Shown here: positions 26,984 through 32,000 of the stretch, one piece after another | Position numbering within the stretch: position 1 is the first letter of the stretch | Layout: the number at the start of each line of letters is the position of its first letter | NCBI RefSeq assembly: GCF_018069705.1 | Contig: NZ_CP072943.1 | Coordinates: 1,011,260-1,043,259, forward strand | Length of the DNA: 32,000 bases | Reading direction: 5' to 3' | Source: Aminithiophilus ramosus | GTDB taxonomy: Bacteria; Synergistota; Synergistia; Synergistales; Aminithiophilaceae | Notes under the pieces: generated by a model | What the model was told of the DNA's origin: nothing | Seen by the model: the letters and a program-made list of their open reading frames with translations, nothing else | The model's database searches: none | Position numbers and translations under genes: made by a program

Positions 26984-28057
26984 GTGATCACCTACGACAC
27001 ACTGAAGACCCTTGCGTCCCACATCCTTCAAGGTCTCGGCTATGGCGCCGAGGCGGCCGATCTGACGGCCCGCGTCCTCGTCGAGGCCGACGCCAGGGGC
27101 GTCGCCTCCCACGGAGTGGCCCGCCTCGCCTTCTACGAGAGCAACCTCAAGGGCGGCGTCGTCGACCTCGAGGCGACGCCGGAGATCGTCCACGAGACCC
27201 CCCTCTCCCTCGTCGTCGACGGCCACGGAGCCGTCGGCCCCATCGTCTCCCGCTTCGCCATGGACCGATGCCTCGAAAAGGCCCGGGCAGTGGGAGCGGG
27301 CTTCGCCTCGGTGCGCAACTCCAACCACTACGGCATGGCCGGGCTCTGGGCCGAAGAGGCCGCCGCCGAGGGGATGATCGGCCTCTCCTTCACCAACACC
27401 CGAAGCTGCGCCATCGTCACCTTCGGCAAGAGAAGCCTCATGGGGACCAACCCCATCGCCGTGGCCATCCCCACGGGCGAGGAGCCTTTCCTCCTCGACA
27501 TGGCGACGACGACGGTGGCTCACGGCAAGATCGAAGTCTGCGACCGCCGGGACAAGGCCATGCCCCTGGGCTGGGCCGTCGACGAAGAGGGACGGGGAAC
27601 GACAGACGCCCATCTCGTCGTCGATCACTTCCACAAGGGCGTCCCCTACGGAGGCCAGCTCTATCTCGGAGGCGAGGGGGAGCTCCTCGGTGGCCACAAG
27701 GGCTACGGCTTGGCCCTGCTCGTCGAACTCCTCTGCGCCGGCCTCTCCCTGGGGAGCTGGAGCCCGCGCATCTACGGCGAAAGGGGAACGAAAAACGGCA
27801 TCGCCCACTTCTTCGCCGCCCTTCGCCTCGACCTCTTCGGCGAGAGGGAGGCCATAGAGAGACATGTGGCCGCCATCCTCGACGAGATCCGCCGGAGCGA
27901 AAAGGCCGAGGGGGAATCGCGCATCTACATCCACGGCGAGAAGGAGAGAGAAAACCGCCGACGGGCCCTCGAAGAGGGCATCGACCTCGACGAGGCCACG
28001 AGAGACCTCCTGGCCCGCTACTGTCAGCGTTTTGCTCTCGCCTGCCCCTCCTTCTGA
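26984..28057 (+). CDS. Ldh2/malate-lactate-ureidoglycolate dehydrogenase family oxidoreductase
   Basis: ADARGVASHGVARL, VRNSNHYGMAGLWAEEA, MGTNPIAVAIPTGEEPFLLDMATTTVAHGKI, GGHKGYGLALLVELL. Confidence 0.92.
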   Translation: MITYDTLKTLASHILQGLGYGAEAADLTARVLVEADARGVASHGVARLAFYESNLKGGVVDLEATPEIVHETPLSLVVDGHGAVGPIVSRFAMDRCLEKARAVGAGFASVRNSNHYGMAGLWAEEAAAEGMIGLSFTNTRSCAIVTFGKRSLMGTNPIAVAIPTGEEPFLLDMATTTVAHGKIEVCDRRDKAMPLGWAVDEEGRGTTDAHLVVDHFHKGVPYGGQLYLGGEGELLGGHKGYGLALLVELLCAGLSLGSWSPRIYGERGTKNGIAHFFAALRLDLFGEREAIERHVAAILDEIRRSEKAEGESRIYIHGEKERENRRRALEEGIDLDEATRDLLARYCQRFALACPSF

Positions 28058-28069
28058 AGGACGAAAAAG

Positions 28070-28097
28070 AGGCCCCTGTCGAAAGACAGGGACCTCT
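28070..28097. terminator. Bidirectional terminator between the Ldh2 gene and tRNA-fMet
   Basis: GAGGCCCCTGTC-GAAA-GACAGGGACCTC with AAAAA on its left, giving a T-run on the minus strand. Confidence 0.75.
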
Positions 28098-28107
28098 TCG
28101 TGAAGAC

Positions 28108-28185
<78 letters not shown>

Positions 28186-28315
28186 GCGTTGAGGGCTACA
28201 GTTAGGCATTATAGCACAGATCGGCAGAAAGACCAGAGGCAATATGAAGAAAATTCCCCTTTCCTGCCTGACGGGTTTCGACTCACAGGAAAGGCAGAAG
28301 ACCAGGAGGCCTCAC

Positions 28316-29020
28316 ATGAAGGATCTTTTCGCCCATCTGCCCGCAGCGGGCACGCTCGTGAACGCCCTGGCCGTCGTCATCGGCAGCACGGCAGGGCTTC
28401 TCATCCGATCCAGACTGCCGGAGAATCTCATGAAGGCCATCTTCCAGTCCATCGGCCTCTTCACCCTCTTCCTGGGCGTCCACATGGCCTCTCAGACGGG
28501 AAACTTCCTCGTCCTCATCTTCAGCCTCGTCCTGGGCTCCATCCTGGGAGAACGGATCGACCTCGACGGTCTCCTCCAGAAGTTCGGCGAGGTTCTCAAA
28601 AAACGCTTCAGCAAGGGCAACGACCGTTTCGTCGAGGGCTTCATCACGGCCTCCCTCCTCTTCTGCACGGGATCGATGGCCATTCTGGGGGCCATCGAAG
28701 AGGGGCTGGGCGGCTTTCCCAACCTGCTTTTCGCCAAATCCCTCCTCGACGGCGTCTCCTCTTTGGCTCTGTCGGCCTCCCTGGGACTGGGCGTCCTCTT
28801 CGCCGCCATCCCTCTCGTCCTTTACCAGGGTAGTCTCACCTTCTTCGCCGGAGCGGCCCAGACCTATCTCTCCCAGGCCGTCATCAACGAAATGAGCGCC
28901 GTCGGCGGCCTCATTCTCCTCGGACTGGGACTGGTCATCTTGGACATCAAGGCCATCAAGGTGACGAACATGCTGCCAGGTCTGATTCTGGCCGCCCTCA
29001 TGGCCGCTTTCTTCCTCTAG
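28316..29020 (+). CDS. DUF554-family membrane protein (YdfK-like)
   Basis: GTLVNALAVVIGSTAGLLI, FSLVLGSILGERIDLD, FCTGSMAILGAIEEGL, EMSAVGGLILLGLGLVIL. Confidence 0.85.
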   Translation: MKDLFAHLPAAGTLVNALAVVIGSTAGLLIRSRLPENLMKAIFQSIGLFTLFLGVHMASQTGNFLVLIFSLVLGSILGERIDLDGLLQKFGEVLKKRFSKGNDRFVEGFITASLLFCTGSMAILGAIEEGLGGFPNLLFAKSLLDGVSSLALSASLGLGVLFAAIPLVLYQGSLTFFAGAAQTYLSQAVINEMSAVGGLILLGLGLVILDIKAIKVTNMLPGLILAALMAAFFL

Positions 29021-29108
29021 GCGGGCCGGGGCTGGATTGCGGCTGCCTCTTTCGCTATAATGGGGACGTAAGCTTTTCTATGAGAAAACCTTACGGGAGG
29101 TGGCCTAG

Positions 29109-29282
29109 GTGCGCAAGTTCCGTTGTCTCAGTTGCAGGCATGAATTCGAAGCGGCTCCCAATGTCGTTCCCGCCCACTGCCCCAAGTGCTACAACCGCTA
29201 CGTCGAACTCGTCGAGGGACCGGCCGTCAAGGGCAAGTCCTGGGGCAGCAAGAGCTACAGCGTGGCCCCGAGGAAGAGTTAG
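29109..29282 (+). CDS. Small (57 aa) zinc-ribbon/rubredoxin-like protein, not in the ORF track
   Basis: GTG 29109 behind GGGAGGTGG: VRKFRCLSCRHEFEAAPNVVPAHCPKCYNRYVELVEGPAVKGKSWGSKSYSVAPRKS. TATAAT at 29056-29061 upstream; own terminator downstream. Confidence 0.78.
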   Translation: MRKFRCLSCRHEFEAAPNVVPAHCPKCYNRYVELVEGPAVKGKSWGSKSYSVAPRKS

Positions 29283-29311
29283 GTTCCAGGAGTGCGCCGC
29301 TGAAAGGACAG

Positions 29312-29343
29312 GGGAGAGACGGCCATGCCGTCCCTCCCCTTTT
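29312..29343 (+). terminator. Rho-independent terminator
   Basis: GGGGAGAGACGGC-CAT-GCCGTCCCTCCCC followed by TTTTTT; coordinates approximate to a few nt. Confidence 0.85.
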
Positions 29344-29576
29344 TTCGGATTTTTCGGTGGAGGCAAGATGATGTACGAATTAATTCAACTGGGTCAACGA
29401 AGCTATTACATCAACAGCCCTGTCAAAGTCGGGGTTTACAGGAACAATGAAACCGAAGTCTGTCTCATCGATAGTGGGAACGACAAAGATATAGTGGACC
29501 CCGAAAACTGGACCACGAGCTAAGTTGCAGTTGAAGTCGGGCTGTATCATAGGGTCCCAGAAAGAGAGGGGACATC

Positions 29577-29861
29577 ATGGCAGCCAAGCGACAGAGGCGT
29601 TCAGCGGAGTTCAAAAGCAAAGTAGCCTTCGCTGCCCTGAAAGGGGATAAGACCCTGGCTCAATTGTCGGGTGAGTTCGAGGTTTCCGCCGTCCAGATCG
29701 GTCAGTGGAAGAAGCAGCTTCTGCAAGGGGGTCCGGAGATCTTTCAACGCAAAGGCACTCCGATGGATGTCGAGACGTCGATGGCCCCCCTCTACCAGGA
29801 GATCGGTCGGCTCAAGATGGAGCTCGACTGGCTCAAAAAAAAATCAGGCGCTGACGCTTGA
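29577..29861 (+). CDS. IS3-family transposase OrfA (helix-turn-helix, leucine-zipper-like)
   Basis: RRSAEFKSKVAFAALKGDKTLAQLSGEFEVSAVQIGQWKKQLLQGGPEIF...MELDWLKKK. Confidence 0.9.
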   Translation: MAAKRQRRSAEFKSKVAFAALKGDKTLAQLSGEFEVSAVQIGQWKKQLLQGGPEIFQRKGTPMDVETSMAPLYQEIGRLKMELDWLKKKSGADA

Positions 29862-30708
29862 GGGAAAGCGGACCTCCATCGATCCCGAGCACCCTTCGAT
29901 CAGTGTTCGTCGGCAATGTGACCTCCTTGATCTTAACCGGTCCAGCTTCTACTACGCGAGCTCTTCCGCGACGGAGACGGCGGAGAACCTTGAAATCATG
30001 GAGCTCATCGACGGCCGGTACACCTGCGCCCCCTCTTACGGGAGCCGCCGGATGACGGCCTGGCTGCGTCGACAGGGACAGGACGTGAACCGCAAACGGA
30101 TCGGACGGCTGATGAGGCTTATGGGGCTCGAAGGGATTGGCCCCAAACCGGGAACCAGCAAGCCTCACCCCGAACATGAGATTTATCCCTACCTGCTCCG
30201 GAACGCCGTCATCGTCAGACCGAATCAGGTCTGGAGCACCGATGTCACCTACCTCCCGATGAGTGGCGGTTTCATGTACCTCGCGGCCGTCATCGATTGG
30301 CACAGCCGCTTCGTTCTCTCCTGGGAACTTTCCAACACCCTGGACGCAGAGTTCTGCGTCGTCGCCCTCGACAGGGCCCTTCGGCAGGGAACGCCGGAGA
30401 TCTTCAACACCGACCAGGGCTGTCAGTTCACCAGTAAGGCCTTTCTGTCTCTGCTCAAGGAAAAGGAGATCCGGATCAGCATGGACGGTCGTGGCAGGGC
30501 CCTCGACAACATCTTCGTGGAACGCTTCTGGCGGACCCTCAAGTATGAGTGGCTCTACTTGAACGACTACGAGCGGGTCCGCGATCTCCGCTGCGGCCTG
30601 CGGGAGTATATGGACTTCTACAACGACGAAAGGCTTCACTCCTCACTGAACTACAGGACACCGCGGGAGGTTCACTTTGCCGACCGGGAGGGACCGATGG
30701 CGGTCTGA
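29836..30708 (+). CDS. IS3-family transposase OrfB (rve/DDE integrase core)
   Basis: SIDPEHPSISVRRQCDLLDLNRSSFYY, WSTDVTYLPMSGGFMYLAAVIDWHSRFVLSW, TDQGCQFTS, MDGRGRALDNIFVERFWRTLKYE. True start uncertain; open frame extends to 29671. Confidence 0.88.
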   Translation, partial: KKNQALTLEGKRTSIDPEHPSISVRRQCDLLDLNRSSFYYASSSATETAENLEIMELIDGRYTCAPSYGSRRMTAWLRRQGQDVNRKRIGRLMRLMGLEGIGPKPGTSKPHPEHEIYPYLLRNAVIVRPNQVWSTDVTYLPMSGGFMYLAAVIDWHSRFVLSWELSNTLDAEFCVVALDRALRQGTPEIFNTDQGCQFTSKAFLSLLKEKEIRISMDGRGRALDNIFVERFWRTLKYEWLYLNDYERVRDLRCGLREYMDFYNDERLHSSLNYRTPREVHFADREGPMAV

Positions 30709-31556
30709 CTTTAACTAACTTCGGGCCTCAAATGGTCTTGACAATGGGGTCCACCATAAGAGGCCGGCAAAAAAATACTCAAAATACTGGAAAGCAACGA
30801 CTGGAAGTTGGGATGCATCATCAACACCCACTCCAACGCCGATCACATCGGAGGCAACAACTACCTCCAGCAGCACACAGGCTGCACGATATTCTCCAGC
30901 GGGATAGAAGTCGCCTTCTCCAAGTTTCCGATCTTAGAACCGTCCTTTTTATATGGGGGGTACCCGTGTAAGGATCTACGGCACAAGTTTCTTCTAGCTG
31001 CTGAAAGCAACGTCATTGATCTGACTAGCGAAAATTTTCCCAAGGACTTGCACGTCATTCCTCTTCCCGGCCATTTCTTTCATATGGTAGGAATTCGTAC
31101 ACCAGACGACGTCGTATTCCTTGCAGACAGCGTTAACAGCGAAATGATACTCGAAAAATATCAAATTTCCTTTATTTACGATGTCAGTAAATATCTAGAA
31201 ACGCTTTCCATGATAAAAACCATTCAAGCTGAAATTTTTGTTCCAGCTCACGCGGAAGTCACCCGTGACATCAGGCCTCTAGCGGAACTAAACTACAAAA
31301 AAATAATGGAAATATCGGAAAAAATCCTGGAGATATGTCGGCAACCTCTCTGTTTCGAGGACATCCTGCAAAAAATTTTCGCTGCCTATCAGTTGACAAT
31401 GACCTTCGAGCAGTATGTCCTTGTAGGAAGCACGGTCCGCTCCTATCTCTCCTGGCTGAAGGACGAGGGCAAATTAAATGTCCAATTCAAGGAGAACAGG
31501 CTCCTCTGGCAGGCAAAGTCGGGTTCCTGAAGGGGACCTCGCCGAAAACGGAGACC

Positions 31557-32000
31557 TCAGCACCCCTTCCACGAGGGGGGGCGTCGGGCCAAGAAGGCTT
31601 CGACGCCCTCTCGGGCGTCTTCCGTGACGGCCAAAGCGGTGAACTGCTCTCCGGCCACGTCGATGGCCCGTTCCAGCATGAGGGCCTCGATGCGGTGCAT
31701 ACCTCTCTTGCCCGCAGCCAGGGAGAGAGGGCTTTTCGCGGCCAATCTCCGCGCCAGTTCGAGGGTGGCCGCGGCGAGCTCCTCGCGAGGAACGGCGCGA
31801 CAGACGATTCCCATCCTCTCCGCCTCGGCGACGGGAAGGAAGTCGCCGGAGAGGACATAATGAAGGGCCCGCTTGGGGCCGATCCACCGGGCCAGCTGAT
31901 AGCCTGGCTCAAGACAGATGAGCCCTACGTTGACGGCCGTCGTTCCCAGCACGGCGTCATCGGAGGCGACGATAAAATCACAGGCCAGAGCCAGCCCGGC
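31557..32000 (-). CDS. Enoyl-CoA hydratase/isomerase family protein, truncated by window edge
   Basis: Minus strand AGLALACDFIVASDDAVLGTTAVNVGLICLEPGYQLARWIGPKRALHYVLSGDFLPVAEAERMGIVCRAVP...; open to the window end. Confidence 0.87.
   Translation of the reverse strand, partial: AGLALACDFIVASDDAVLGTTAVNVGLICLEPGYQLARWIGPKRALHYVLSGDFLPVAEAERMGIVCRAVPREELAAATLELARRLAAKSPLSLAAGKRGMHRIEALMLERAIDVAGEQFTALAVTEDAREGVEAFLARRPPSWKGC

Larger units (their letters stand above)
29490..30757 (+). mobile_element. IS3-family insertion sequence (about 1268 bp) with 4-bp target duplication AAGA
   Basis: Ends TATAGTGGACCCC... and ...GGGGTCCACCAT are inverted; flanked by AAGA at 29486-29489 and 30758-30761; carries orfA and orfB. 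Confidence 0.9.
29368..31530 (+). pseudogene. MBL-fold metallo-hydrolase interrupted by an IS3-family element
   Basis: N-part MMYELIQLGQRSYYINSPVKVGVYRNNETEVCLIDSGNDKE (29368-29489); C-part AGKKILKILESNDWKLGCIINTHSNADHIGGNNYL... (30758-31530). The two join in frame when the IS and one AAGA copy are removed. Confidence 0.9.

Overview
GC-rich bacterial chromosomal window with Synergistota-like gene content (taxon is an inference). From left to right it contains: an hrcA-grpE-dnaK-dnaJ-prmA heat-shock operon with a CIRCE operator; a phosphoglycerate-mutase-like gene; an FAD-dependent CoA-disulfide-reductase-like gene behind a palindromic operator; a minus-strand operon of 2-oxoacid:ferredoxin oxidoreductase alpha/beta, peroxiredoxin and a secreted superoxide-reductase-like protein, ending at a perfect 26-bp hairpin; a ZIP transporter and an HMA protein; and a compact 7-gene minus-strand operon (LeuC-like, LeuD-like, LeuB-like, TRAP dctPQM, PEP-mutase/isocitrate-lyase-like). 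The 7-gene operon has its own promoter, a leader ORF and an attenuator-like terminator. Two nearly identical ISNCY/IS1202-like elements sit in tandem, separated and flanked by the same 16-bp repeat, between that promoter and the 3' end of an M20 amidohydrolase gene. Further right are a candidate structured RNA and terminator-bearing leader ahead of an Na+/solute symporter gene, an Ldh2-family dehydrogenase, initiator tRNA-Met, a DUF554-type membrane protein, a small CxxC/CxxC protein absent from the ORF track, an MBL-fold gene cleanly interrupted by an IS3-family element, and a partial enoyl-CoA hydratase. The best leads for new biology are the substituted-malate-type catabolic operon with its leader, the structured intergenic RNA near 25.1-25.45 kb, and the repeated same-site IS insertion. 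I found no clear defence system, CRISPR array or prophage.
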